A stretch of 64,000 nt of DNA, taken from contig JAXGQG010000007.1 of assembly GCA_040766535.1 (NCBI GenBank), positions 11,121-75,120 of the forward strand, read 5' to 3'. Position numbers and translations under genes: made by a program. Origin of the DNA: Dehalococcoidia bacterium. GTDB lineage: Bacteria > Chloroflexota > Dehalococcoidia > GIF9 > AB-539-J10. How positions within the stretch are numbered: the first letter of the stretch is position 1; each line of letters starts with the position of its first letter. Below the pieces are notes generated by a model. The model ran no database searches. It was not told where the DNA came from and saw nothing but the letters and a program-made list of their open reading frames with translations. Shown here piece after piece: positions 1-9,667 of the stretch.

Positions 1-471
1 GGCTATTGCGATCGGCCCTCCCTTGTTGAGCATCTCGATCTCAGCCCGGTCGCGGGCAATCACTTCGGCGGCCGATAGTGGGCGCACAGGCCGGGTCGCG
101 AGACGTAGCTGCCGCGTTGCCGGTGAAGCCGTCACCGCCACGACCACCAGCCGATCGCCGAACCGTTCCTTCATGACGAGATACTCCTCCCACGAGTACA
201 GGCCATCGACTACCACGCTGCCCTGCCCTAGCGCAGCCGCGATTCGAGTGAGGTTGAGGATGGCATAGGCGGCCATGCCATGCGTGGCCCGCATCTCTTC
301 ACGCACGACCCGCTCGTTTGCCTCATTGACCGGAAGCCCGCGGCGAGCCAGTTCGTCCTGAGTGACGTCACCGAAGTGTATGTAGGTCAATCCCTGTTCC
401 GTCAGAAACGTCGCGACCTCTGACTTGCCAGCTCCCGGCATTCCCACAATAGCAGCAATGCGGTTAGTCAT
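1..471 (-). CDS. P-loop nucleotide kinase, archaeal-type dephospho-CoA/adenylate kinase-like (UPF0200-like); partial, runs off the window
   Basis: Not in the ORF track. Manual translation MTNRIAAIVGMPGAGKSEVA...VVVDGLYSWEEY...RDRAEIEMLNKGGPIAIA with a Walker A motif GMPGAGKS. Confidence 0.8.
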   Translation of the reverse strand, partial: MTNRIAAIVGMPGAGKSEVATFLTEQGLTYIHFGDVTQDELARRGLPVNEANERVVREEMRATHGMAAYAILNLTRIAAALGQGSVVVDGLYSWEEYLVMKERFGDRLVVVAVTASPATRQLRLATRPVRPLSAAEVIARDRAEIEMLNKGGPIAIA

Positions 472-612
472 AAAAACAGCGCACCGTCCTTCGTTGCATT
501 TTGTGCCGAACCTATTATATACGCATACCCGTCCCGCGAAGGCCCTCCATGCCGGGTGTACGAGGCATATGTCCTTCGGCTACAATGAGGCCGCGACACA
601 ACGCATCACGCA

Positions 613-1170
613 ATGAGCAACAACATTCTCACCGATCAGGATATCCGCGCCCGGCTGTCTGCTGCACCCCCTCTGCTCGAGGGTCTCATCGATCCATCAA
701 CGCAGATTCAACCGTGCGGCGTGGACCTCACGGTTCGCATCGTGTCTCGTTTCGCATCGGGCGGAGCCGCCGATTTCGACAACGGGCACCGCGTGCTGGC
801 CGACCGAGAGGTGCTGACATGGAAAGACGGAGCGATCGACCTGCCACCAGGGCCGTACCACATCGTCTACAACGAGATCGTCAATCTGCCGAATGATGTC
901 ATGGCCCTCGCCTACCCTCGCTCAACTCTGCTCCGGTGCGGCGTCACTGTGTTCACGGCGGTATGGGATCCGGGGTACTCGGGGCGGGCGGAGGCGCTGC
1001 TGGTTGTGCACAACCCCGCTGGTTTTCGGCTCTACGAGGCCGCGCGTGTGGTTCAGCTTGTCTTCACCCGGCTGGGAAGTGAGGTGGCATCAGGGTACCG
1101 TGGCCGTTTCAACGGAGAGAACCTTCAACCGCGACCGCATCGCTATGATCCCCGCAGGCGGGATGCCTAG
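613..1170 (+). CDS. dut: dUTPase / dCTP deaminase family, archaeal-type deoxyuridine 5'-triphosphate nucleotidohydrolase
   Basis: Motifs QPCGVDL, YPRSTLLRCG, WDPGYSG, ARVVQLVF. Confidence 0.8.
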   Translation: MSNNILTDQDIRARLSAAPPLLEGLIDPSTQIQPCGVDLTVRIVSRFASGGAADFDNGHRVLADREVLTWKDGAIDLPPGPYHIVYNEIVNLPNDVMALAYPRSTLLRCGVTVFTAVWDPGYSGRAEALLVVHNPAGFRLYEAARVVQLVFTRLGSEVASGYRGRFNGENLQPRPHRYDPRRRDA

Positions 1171-1385
1171 CGGAGCCGCACTGCGCCCCCTGCGCCTGCT
1201 CATCACCATGCCGCCTGGTGGTATCGGCAGTTCCCCGCTACATCGTCACCCCCGTGTGGCGGCGTGACAGCCGCATCGCGCAATGCCGTCGCTTCGGCGG
1301 AGTCATTACGCTCCCCTGGGTGCGTCGCGACCACGCAGAGACTCTGCTAAGCTTTGACACGCGCTGACGCACGAGGAGGAACGGA

Positions 1386-1880
1386 ATGCTGATGCAGCCG
1401 GCCACGCCGCACATGGTTGACCAGTGGAAGGCGATCTGGCGCGAGTACCGAGACAGGCTGCACCCCAATCGCAAGTCCGGTGCGCAGGTGGTTGCCTATC
1501 TCAGAGGGAAGTACTCCCTGCGGGAGTTGCATGATGATGCCGCTCTGCGAGTGGTAACTGACAACGTGCTCCACAATGCACCCCTTGCGATGAAGCTGCC
1601 CGCCGGCACGGTGCCGGCCGCTGTGGCATTCATCGTGGAGCGGTCCGGCGAGGGAGAAGTCCTCTACCGGAACCAGGATGATGTCTTCAGAGGCAACAGC
1701 ATCTTCGCCGGCGTAGACCTCGTATCAGGCTGTTTCTTCGTTGAAGGGAGCAGCCTGCTGCACGATGAGCTGCACGCCTTTCAGGGGCTTGATGCCGCGG
1801 ACATACAGAACTACTTCCTGGTAGCCGAATACATCTCATCTCTGAGGAGATTCGACCTCCTGGAACACGTCGTGTCCTGA
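1386..1880 (+). CDS. hypothetical protein
   Basis: 164-aa ORF with RBS GAGGAGG and protein-like composition. Confidence 0.75.
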   Translation: MLMQPATPHMVDQWKAIWREYRDRLHPNRKSGAQVVAYLRGKYSLRELHDDAALRVVTDNVLHNAPLAMKLPAGTVPAAVAFIVERSGEGEVLYRNQDDVFRGNSIFAGVDLVSGCFFVEGSSLLHDELHAFQGLDAADIQNYFLVAEYISSLRRFDLLEHVVS

Positions 1881-2052
1881 ACGTTGGGGGCCGAACGGCG
1901 GTCGACGCAGCGCCAGAATGCACCGCTGCATCGATAGGGTGACATCCGCGCCCCGCTCCCCAACTGCGAAGACCGAACTGGACCGGCTGCCCCGCGTCAA
2001 CGACGTTCACTGGCGGGCGCGGCGCCAGGGAAGCCGGCTACAGTCCACCAGT

Positions 2053-2499
2053 CTAGACGCCGTTCCCCGTCGTGGGGATGAACTTGCCCAGTTCCTTTCT
2101 GATTGTCATCCAGTGGTACAGGTATACGGGGATGCCCACGAACACCAGGGCGAGGGCGGTGGCGAGCTGCCGCTGGCGCCGCGCCTTGACGACGTCGATC
2201 TCCTGCTGCTGCGTGCTCCAGCGTTCGTAGTCTTCCAGCCAGCTTTTGAGTTGAGCCTGCTCCTGTTCGGTCAACTCAACCGTCCCTGCCACGTCTTTCA
2301 CTCTATCGATGGAATAGGGCATCGGGGGTTGCCTCGCCCACAGTTGCTCTTCAGCGTCCGCCTGGGTGAGTATGGTGGACTTGAGGATAAGCTCGAATGC
2401 CTGGACGCTGCCGGCGATGAGCAGTCCCAGGCCCACCAACGTAGCTACATAGAGATAGACCGTACGAACGGTCCAGCTTCTGCCTTTCTCAATAGCCAT
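2053..2499 (-). CDS. two-TM membrane protein (DUF5671-like)
   Basis: RTVYLYVATLVGLGLL...VGIPVYLYHW pattern; RBS AAGGAG before MAIEKG. Confidence 0.7.
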   Translation of the reverse strand: MAIEKGRSWTVRTVYLYVATLVGLGLLIAGSVQAFELILKSTILTQADAEEQLWARQPPMPYSIDRVKDVAGTVELTEQEQAQLKSWLEDYERWSTQQQEIDVVKARRQRQLATALALVFVGIPVYLYHWMTIRKELGKFIPTTGNGV

Positions 2500-2743
2500 G
2501 AGTCTCCTTCGGCCGTCCTGTCCGATTCGCTGCTGCAAGGGACGGCAGCCCTATTGTAGCGCGCATCCCGCGGTGTACGTCGAGCCGAGGCTGCGGCATC
2601 ACGACGGCGTTCAACGTCCGGGAAGAGCAGGGACTCCTTTGACCGTCGATGCGCGGCGGTGCTAATGTGTCCTATCGAATACAGCCACTCGTCTCACACG
2701 CGGTGTGGGATGCGGCGCCTGGCGCGCCGAAAGGCGGAGGCAA

Positions 2744-5500
2744 GTGAGTCAATTCCAGAACGATTTTGAGCGATGGTTCTCAGGCAGCCAGCGTGGCTCC
2801 GGTGGACGGCAACGGAAGCATGGGGGACGGGCCTTCATCGTTGCCGCGGTAGTACTGGCGCTCATTGCAGTAGCCGCCATCGGGAAAGGCATCTATACGG
2901 AGTGGCTCTGGTTTGATGCGCTCGGCTACTCTGCCGTCTACAGCAAGATCCTGGGGACCCGCTTCCTGCTGTTCTTCTTAGCCGTGTTGCTGTTTTCGGC
3001 GCTCTTCGCCGGCAGTATCGTCATCGCGGGGAGGCTTGCACCACGTGGGAACGCCCCGGGTGCTGCGCAGCCGCTGCTCCCGTTCCTGCGGTCGCTGTCC
3101 AGGGCCGCCGTCATCGCCATCACAGCCTTTCTGGCGCTCCTGTTCGGCGCCGCGGCGCAGGCGAACTGGGAGACAGTGCTCCGCTTCACCAGTGGACAGG
3201 CATTCGGTACAACGGACCCCGTGTTCTTCAAGGATGTCGGTTTCTACGTCTTCTCCTTGCCTTTCTTGAGCTTCCTGCGTGGCTGGCTGCTCACCGCAGT
3301 GGTGTTCACGCTCATCGCGACGATCGCTGTGTATGCCGTGAGCTACAGCACGCAGCGGAAGAGTTTCGACAACTCACGCCCGGTGTTGGTGCACGTGGGC
3401 GCGCTGGTCATGGCCGTTGCTCTGTTGGCTGCCATGAGCTACTGGCTGGGCATCTGGGAACTGGTCTATTCTCCCAGGGGAGCTGTCTTTGGCGCCAGCT
3501 ATACGGACATGACCACCCAGGTTCCGGCACAGTGGATTCTACTGGTGGCGACGCTGTTGCTGGGGGCTACGGCGCTGATCTCTCTTGTGCGCCGCCGCGT
3601 TCGCTGGGCTGCGTATGGCATTGGACTGTGGATCATCCTCGGCATCATCGTCGGCCAGGTGATTCCCGGACTGGTGCAGCGGCTCCAGGTGGAACCGAAC
3701 GAACTTGAACTCGAGACTCCGTATATCCAGAACAACATCGTGGCGACACGTGAGGCCTTCGCGTTGAACCGCATCGTTGAGGAGAGCTTCACCGCCGAGC
3801 CTATGCCATCGGCCGAGGGCATCGCGGCGGAGGAAGTCACCATCAAGAACATCCGGCTGTGGGACCACCGGCCGCTTCTGTCCACCTACAACCAGATTCA
3901 GACCATCCGTACGTACTACGACTTCCTCGATGTTGACATCGACAGGTATACCATCGATGGCGACTATCGCCAGGTGATGCTGGCGGCGCGCGAGCTCTCC
4001 AAGGAGAAGCTGCCCAGCATCGCTCAGACGTGGCTGAATCAGACGTTGCAGTACACCCATGGGTACGGGGTTGCCATGAGCCCGGTCAACGAGATCAACC
4101 GGGAGGGCGGTTTGCCCAACCTGTGGTTGAAAGACATTCCCACCGTCGGCGTAGTGCCGCTGACCAGACCGGAGATCTACTACGGAGAGAAGACAACCGA
4201 CTACGTGATTGTCGGGACCGATACGGAGGAGTTCGACTACCCGGTCGGGGACACCAATGCCTGGACCAAGTACGAGGGTACGGGCGGAGTACCCATAGGT
4301 GGTCTCTTCCGCAGGGCGATGTACGCGTGGCAGTTCTCAGATTTCAACATGCTCATCAGCTCACAGATCACTCCTGACAGCCAGGTGATGTACCACCGCC
4401 AGGTACGGGACCGCGTTGAGCGCATCGCTCCGTTCCTGAGCACCGACACCGACCCGTACGTGGTCATACTGGATGGACGGCTGTTGTGGGTGATCGACTG
4501 CTACACCACCAGCACCAGGTATCCGTACTCCGATCCGCTTCCCAACGGCGTCAATTACATCCGGAACAGCGTCAAGGCGGTGGTCGATGCCTACAACGGA
4601 AGCGTGGACTTCTACGTCACTGAGCCAGATGATCCGATACTGAAGACCTACGAGGCTATCTTCCCGGACCTCTTTCAGCCGATGGACGCGATGCCAGCCG
4701 GCCTCCGGGCGCACCTGCGCTACCCCGTGGACATGTTCCAGGTGCAGGCGGATGTCTTCCGCACCTACCACATGGAGGATGCCCGCGTCTTCTACAACAA
4801 GGAAGACCTGTGGGCGGTGCCCCGTGAGTTCTACGGTTCTCAGGAACAGCCCATTCAGCCCTACTACATCATCATGCGCCTGCCCGGGGAGTCCAGCGAG
4901 GAGTTCCTGCTCATGCTCCCGTTCACTCCGGCGAACCGCAATAACGCCATCGGCTGGCTGGCGGCGCGCTGTGATGGAGACGAGTATGGTTCTCTGCTCG
5001 TCTACAGGTTCCCCAAGGATCGACTCATCTATGGGCCGAGCCAGATCGAGAACCGCATACAGCAGGATACCGAGATCACGGAGCAACTGGCGCTGTGGAG
5101 CCGCGGCGGTTCACAGGTGATTCACGGCAATCTGCTGGTTATACCGGTTGCGAACTCCACGCTGTATGTCGAAGGGGTCTTCCTCCAGGCGGATGCCGGA
5201 GGTCTGCCCGAGTTGAAGCGGGTGATTGTTGCCGCGGGCGATGAGATCGCCATGCGTGAGACGCTGGAAGAGGCGTTGAGCGAGATCTTCGGCAGCGGCA
5301 CGGTGCCCCCGGGCACACCACAGCCGCCGGGGCCGGGCCCGGAGACTCCAGGAGATGTAGCGGCTCTCGTCGAGCGGGCACAGGCACACTTCGCGCAGGC
5401 TCAAGAGTACCTGAAACAGGGCGATTGGGCAGGTTATGGCGCTGAACTCGAGGCGCTTCAGGCAGTGCTCGCCGAGCTGGCGCGGTTGACAGAGGAGTAG
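2744..5500 (+). CDS. UPF0182 family membrane protein
   Basis: TEWLWFDALGY, DPVFFKDVGFYVF, NIRLWDHRPL, YTHGYG, NYIRNSVKAVVDAYNG, GDWAGYG; GTG start after GGAGG. Confidence 0.95.
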   Translation: MSQFQNDFERWFSGSQRGSGGRQRKHGGRAFIVAAVVLALIAVAAIGKGIYTEWLWFDALGYSAVYSKILGTRFLLFFLAVLLFSALFAGSIVIAGRLAPRGNAPGAAQPLLPFLRSLSRAAVIAITAFLALLFGAAAQANWETVLRFTSGQAFGTTDPVFFKDVGFYVFSLPFLSFLRGWLLTAVVFTLIATIAVYAVSYSTQRKSFDNSRPVLVHVGALVMAVALLAAMSYWLGIWELVYSPRGAVFGASYTDMTTQVPAQWILLVATLLLGATALISLVRRRVRWAAYGIGLWIILGIIVGQVIPGLVQRLQVEPNELELETPYIQNNIVATREAFALNRIVEESFTAEPMPSAEGIAAEEVTIKNIRLWDHRPLLSTYNQIQTIRTYYDFLDVDIDRYTIDGDYRQVMLAARELSKEKLPSIAQTWLNQTLQYTHGYGVAMSPVNEINREGGLPNLWLKDIPTVGVVPLTRPEIYYGEKTTDYVIVGTDTEEFDYPVGDTNAWTKYEGTGGVPIGGLFRRAMYAWQFSDFNMLISSQITPDSQVMYHRQVRDRVERIAPFLSTDTDPYVVILDGRLLWVIDCYTTSTRYPYSDPLPNGVNYIRNSVKAVVDAYNGSVDFYVTEPDDPILKTYEAIFPDLFQPMDAMPAGLRAHLRYPVDMFQVQADVFRTYHMEDARVFYNKEDLWAVPREFYGSQEQPIQPYYIIMRLPGESSEEFLLMLPFTPANRNNAIGWLAARCDGDEYGSLLVYRFPKDRLIYGPSQIENRIQQDTEITEQLALWSRGGSQVIHGNLLVIPVANSTLYVEGVFLQADAGGLPELKRVIVAAGDEIAMRETLEEALSEIFGSGTVPPGTPQPPGPGPETPGDVAALVERAQAHFAQAQEYLKQGDWAGYGAELEALQAVLAELARLTEE

Positions 5501-5532
5501 GCAGCGGCGCCGGATTCACGGAGTAACGGCTT

Positions 5533-6663
5533 TCACGCGTGCTGCTTGATGGCCTCAACGAGGCTCCGCATCTCGCGGAGCCTCGTCAGTTGTCCGGGAG
5601 TGAGCGCCTCTTCATATTCCTCGAGTGCCAGTTCGAGGCGTTCTCGGGGCAGATCCCGCACCTCTCCACGGCGTCCTCGCCGCGGGGCGCGGATGGAAGG
5701 TTCATCCTCGATGGATGGTTCGTATTCCTCATCGTCGACCTCGAACGCAGGTCTGCGGACAGGCGGCTCCGACCGTTCGGGCCGGGTGACATAGGTTCGC
5801 CCGGATGATATCCGCGGAGAAACCTGCTCGTCGTCGGCATAGTAGTCGCGGACGGGTTCCACGGCTGCCGCCGAAGGGCGTTCCCGGCGGGTCCGGCGGG
5901 CAGGCATCTCGTCGTCGAAGGCGCCGGCAGGCTCCTGGGAGGCGGGCCGTCGGCTTGAGGCTTCCGGAGACAGGCCCGCGTCTGACTGCGGCCGCAGGCG
6001 CCCGGGAGTCCTGTGTGCCGAAGGAGCGTCGAATTCCGGGTCGTACGGTTCAGCTTCGTCGTAGTAGGCTCGGCGTACCACCCGCGGACGTTCCACGCGT
6101 TCGTACCGCACGGCACGTCGGGGACGCTCATACGCATCACCATCGTAGTCGAAGTCATCTTCGTACCGACGGCTGCGCCTAGAACGGCGTTGTTCCCTCA
6201 CAGGCGCGGGCCGGAAGAGCACGCCGGCGACGATATCGCCCAGATCCATGATCACGCCGTCAAGAGGTGAGAGCAGCCGCGAGAACCAGAAAGGCGGCCG
6301 CCCACGCGTTCCCAACGCAGCCTGCAACAGGCAACCACCGGCGGCGTAGATGAACGCCAGGTTCATGAGGAAGGCCACGGCAATCAGGACAAGCAGTGCC
6401 CATGCGGCGAACCCGGTGGCGGTGAACGAGCCAAGCACGATACGAAGTACCAGCGCCCCGACGCCGAACATGGCCCCCAGCAGGAAGTAGAGCACCAGAC
6501 GCAGCTCGGCAGGCTCAGCCCAGCTCAGCGGCATGGTGAGGTCTATGGCGCCCTCATTGCCACGGCGGGACAGGAAGAACAGCACTGCGCCGACACCGAG
6601 AGTGGCGCACGCGAGTGCGGCCAATAGCGATGGAGAGAGCAGACCCGCAATAGTGTTCATCAT
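5533..6663 (-). CDS. hypothetical membrane protein with a long disordered R/E/P-rich cytoplasmic region
   Basis: Three hydrophobic segments at the N-terminus, low-complexity middle, short helical C-terminus. Confidence 0.7.
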   Translation of the reverse strand: MMNTIAGLLSPSLLAALACATLGVGAVLFFLSRRGNEGAIDLTMPLSWAEPAELRLVLYFLLGAMFGVGALVLRIVLGSFTATGFAAWALLVLIAVAFLMNLAFIYAAGGCLLQAALGTRGRPPFWFSRLLSPLDGVIMDLGDIVAGVLFRPAPVREQRRSRRSRRYEDDFDYDGDAYERPRRAVRYERVERPRVVRRAYYDEAEPYDPEFDAPSAHRTPGRLRPQSDAGLSPEASSRRPASQEPAGAFDDEMPARRTRRERPSAAAVEPVRDYYADDEQVSPRISSGRTYVTRPERSEPPVRRPAFEVDDEEYEPSIEDEPSIRAPRRGRRGEVRDLPRERLELALEEYEEALTPGQLTRLREMRSLVEAIKQHA

Positions 6664-6898
6664 GATTCAATCACACGTGGACCTTCAGGCGTTGCGCCGC
6701 GTTTGATAGGGTATCAGGTGAATGGTCTTCACAACCACCGTCCGAAAGTGACCTGCTGGACTCGGACGGCACCCGCGTGCGTTCATCTGCATGTACAACG
6801 CGGCGGAGGCGCAAAAGGTTGCGGCGTGGTGTACAGGTCACGGTAGCAGCAATACAGCTAACCAGCTTTGCACCACTATGACTTGAACGTGCGACTGA

Positions 6899-6927
6899 TT
6901 GACACCCCTACGGTGCGGACGTATAAT
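6899..6927 (+). promoter_or_regulatory. perfect-consensus sigma70 promoter
   Basis: TTGACA (6899-6904), 17-nt spacer, TATAAT (6922-6927). Confidence 0.9.
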
Positions 6928-6939
6928 CGCCACACGTAC

Positions 6940-7221
6940 ATGAGGGTGAAGCTGAAGACGGAGCAGTTGAACGAACTCAAGAGACAGTTGCCCTTCGAAG
7001 TCGTGCTAGACCAGCCACGGGATGTGAAGGGCTTCCTCGAGATACTGGGTCACAACATGCCGTGGAGTGATTCAGGCTACAGCAAGTTCGGCGATCCTCT
7101 CAAGCGCCCAAACCGCGTTGCGTTCTCGGTGGAACAGGTCGACGATGGCTACATCTGTGATGTGCATCCGGCGTTTGCGTGCTACATTTCCGGGATGCTT
7201 GACCACCGCAACCGGGACTAG
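6940..7221 (+). CDS. small hypothetical protein (93 aa)
   Basis: ATG 12 nt after the TATAAT box; ends 17 nt before tRNA-Lys. Confidence 0.65.
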   Translation: MRVKLKTEQLNELKRQLPFEVVLDQPRDVKGFLEILGHNMPWSDSGYSKFGDPLKRPNRVAFSVEQVDDGYICDVHPAFACYISGMLDHRNRD

Positions 7222-7238
7222 TCCCCGTCTCCAATCAT

Positions 7239-7311
7239 GGGCCGTTAGCTCAGCTGGCAGAGCACCTGACTTTTAATCAGGGTGTCGTGGGTTCGAATCC
7301 CACACGGCCTA
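7239..7311 (+). tRNA. tRNA-Lys (anticodon TTT)
   Basis: Acceptor stem GGGCCGT/ACGGCCT, D arm TAGCTCAGCTGGCAGAGC, anticodon arm CCTGA-CTTTTAA-TCAGG, T loop GGTTCGAATCC; CCA not encoded. Confidence 0.97.
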
Positions 7312-7477
7312 CTCGTTAGTTCCTCCTTGTCCATTGGCATCTAGCCAGAATCTCCGGCGGACACTTGCTCCCGTTCTGCCGCGAAGAGTCTGTCAAGTTC
7401 CTCAACCGCCGGGACAATGCGCTCGTGTATGCTATGGCCATTCGGCGGCTGAATCTTGGGTTCATTGGAGGTAGATC

Positions 7478-7960
7478 ATGGCCAAGACGGTGGCACATAT
7501 CTGTATTCTGGTAGCCGACATCGATCGGGCGATTGCGGATTTCAGCCGGATCTTCAATGCTGTCGCTCCCGGATTGACGCGGGACCCGGTGGTGAAACAG
7601 GAGACGTTCACCGAGGATGAGAAGTACATCACGGCGTTCTTCGGGGCAGCCGGCGACGGCTGCGACATACAGTTGCTGCAGCCGCCTGATGAGGATTCTC
7701 CACTGTACCGAAGGCTGCGGAAGCACGGCGAAGGGATTCACCACATCGCCTTTTGCACCGCTCATCTGGAGGATACGTACCAGGCACTCAAGCGTGATGG
7801 GGTGTCCGTGAGCGACCGGCTCTACGCTGAGCATCCCGACGGAGGCGACAGCACGGACGTGCGGCACTGCTGGATACTGCCGGCATCAGCCCACGGGGCG
7901 CTCATCGAACTCATCGACAGCTACAACGTGGTGAACGGATTGCTGACGAAGGCAGACTGA
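7478..7960 (+). CDS. VOC family protein (methylmalonyl-CoA epimerase/glyoxalase-like)
   Basis: HICILVADID, IQLLQP, GEGIHHIAF, HGALIELI; RBS GGAGG. Confidence 0.85.
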   Translation: MAKTVAHICILVADIDRAIADFSRIFNAVAPGLTRDPVVKQETFTEDEKYITAFFGAAGDGCDIQLLQPPDEDSPLYRRLRKHGEGIHHIAFCTAHLEDTYQALKRDGVSVSDRLYAEHPDGGDSTDVRHCWILPASAHGALIELIDSYNVVNGLLTKAD

Positions 7961-8043
7961 GGAAGTGCGTGATTCCCGTGAACCGCGCCATTTCCGTTTC
8001 CGATCGGAAAGCCCTAGACTTCTATGCCCTGAGTGGAACAACT

Positions 8044-8139
8044 ATGGATGACGAATTCCTCGATGTAGAAATGGCCGACGACAGCGTCGACGGCGCCGAC
8101 CCTGAACTGGACATCGTACTGCAGGATGTGAACAGGTAG
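8044..8139 (+). CDS. putative 31-aa acidic small protein
   Basis: MDDEFLDVEMADDSVDGADPELDIVLQDVNR; upstream TAGACT box and 14-bp palindrome. Confidence 0.4.
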   Translation: MDDEFLDVEMADDSVDGADPELDIVLQDVNR

Positions 8140-8186
8140 TTCCGCGATCCTCCGGTGGCAGCCTCTCCCCGCAGCACGGCGCTGTT

Positions 8187-9443
8187 CTACTCGGCCTCGT
8201 CAGTGTGCTGCGTTACCGGCTTGATGAACGTGACGAGCAGTCCTGACGCGACCGCAAAACCCGCGCACACCAAGAACGGCATAGAGTAGCTGCCAAGCGC
8301 ATCGTAACACCACCCGGTGAACACCGGGCCGGTGGCGCTGCCCAGTCCTATGCCCAGGCCGGTCGAGCCGAGTATCGCGCCATGCGCCCTGAGCCCAAAC
8401 AACTCCGCCACTATGTGTGAGTTCAGCGGGACAACCCCGCCGAAACCAAAGCCAAAGACCGCGGCGCAGGCGAACAGCGCCCAGTCCTGACGCAACAGGC
8501 TGAATCCCACCAGACTGAGGGCCAGTAGAACGAACTGAGAGAGAAGCAGTCGTTTCGAGCCATAGCGGTCAGCCATGCTGCCGATGCCGACGCGGCCGGC
8601 AACGCTCAGAGCGCCGATTGCGGTCATGGTGGCCGCAGCCTGAGACGACGGCAGGCCAAGACCGGTGGCATGGACGACGATATGTACCATCACGGAATGG
8701 ACCGCGAAGCCGAATCCGAAGAAGGTCGCCAGCAGCAGCCAGAACTGGCGCATCCGCTTCGCCTCTCCCGCCGACACTCCGCCAGGTGACCGGTCGGCGC
8801 CTGTTGCGCTGGAGGCTTCCGCGTCGCCCAGCGGCCGCAGTCCGAGTTGCCATGGATCACGGCGCAGCAGCTGTGCCGTGAGTGGTATGACCGCGAGCAG
8901 GAGGATGCCGACCGCTACGAAGGAGGAACGCCATGACAGAGTCCTGATGAGCCAGTCCGCGAAGGGCGGCACGAGCATGGTGCCGAATCCAACACCTCCC
9001 ATGACGATGCCGGTCATCAGCCCTCGGCGCGCACGGAACCAACGCGCCACCGTCGACATCAGCGGCACCGGCCCTCCGCTAACGCCCGCCCCGATCACCA
9101 CGCCGAAAAGCAAATACAACTGCCAGACGCTGCTGATCCGTGAGACCAGTATGAATCCTGCGCCCAGCAGGATACCGGACACGGTCAGTATGACGCGAGG
9201 ACCGAACCGGTCGGTCAGCCTGCCAACCCCGAGCGAGAAGAGCCCCTGCACCACCATGTTGACCGAGAACGCGGCGGAAGTCACTGCCCTGTTCCAACCA
9301 AACTCATGCTGCAATGGCGCGAAGAACACGCTGTAGCTGAACATCGCACCTGAGGACACCGTCATCATGACGAGGGCCGCGGCAACAACTATGTAGCCAT
9401 AGAAGACACGACTCTGCGCAACGGAAGCTACTCTCTTGATCAC
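8187..9443 (-). CDS. MFS transporter (MCT/OFA-like)
   Basis: About 12 TM segments; GRLTDRFGPR, RWFRARRGL, GSMADRYG; start uncertain. Confidence 0.9.
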   Translation of the reverse strand: MIKRVASVAQSRVFYGYIVVAAALVMMTVSSGAMFSYSVFFAPLQHEFGWNRAVTSAAFSVNMVVQGLFSLGVGRLTDRFGPRVILTVSGILLGAGFILVSRISSVWQLYLLFGVVIGAGVSGGPVPLMSTVARWFRARRGLMTGIVMGGVGFGTMLVPPFADWLIRTLSWRSSFVAVGILLLAVIPLTAQLLRRDPWQLGLRPLGDAEASSATGADRSPGGVSAGEAKRMRQFWLLLATFFGFGFAVHSVMVHIVVHATGLGLPSSQAAATMTAIGALSVAGRVGIGSMADRYGSKRLLLSQFVLLALSLVGFSLLRQDWALFACAAVFGFGFGGVVPLNSHIVAELFGLRAHGAILGSTGLGIGLGSATGPVFTGWCYDALGSYSMPFLVCAGFAVASGLLVTFIKPVTQHTDEAE

Positions 9444-9667
9444 GATGGTAGCCCGACTCCCGCCGAGCGCCTGTTCGGCGCGCAGAAGATGGACGACTGG
9501 CCGCACGAGTGCGGCCGCTCATACTGTACTCTCCTGTGCTGCGAACGTCCATCGCTCGGTCTTCCCTCGCACAGGTGCGGGACGGGAACGAATGGACAAA
9601 CCTCCGTCTGCGGGTGTAACCTCGATGCGCAGCGCGATACGTTCGATTCGCCGCAAGAAGGACTCGA

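Noticed and set aside
7239-7480. tRNA-Lys as an integration site of a genomic island
   Set aside because: No integrase, and I saw no duplicated tRNA 3' end in the window
9616-9643. ECF-like promoter GTAACC-N18-CGTT
   Set aside because: Atypical spacing and no independent support
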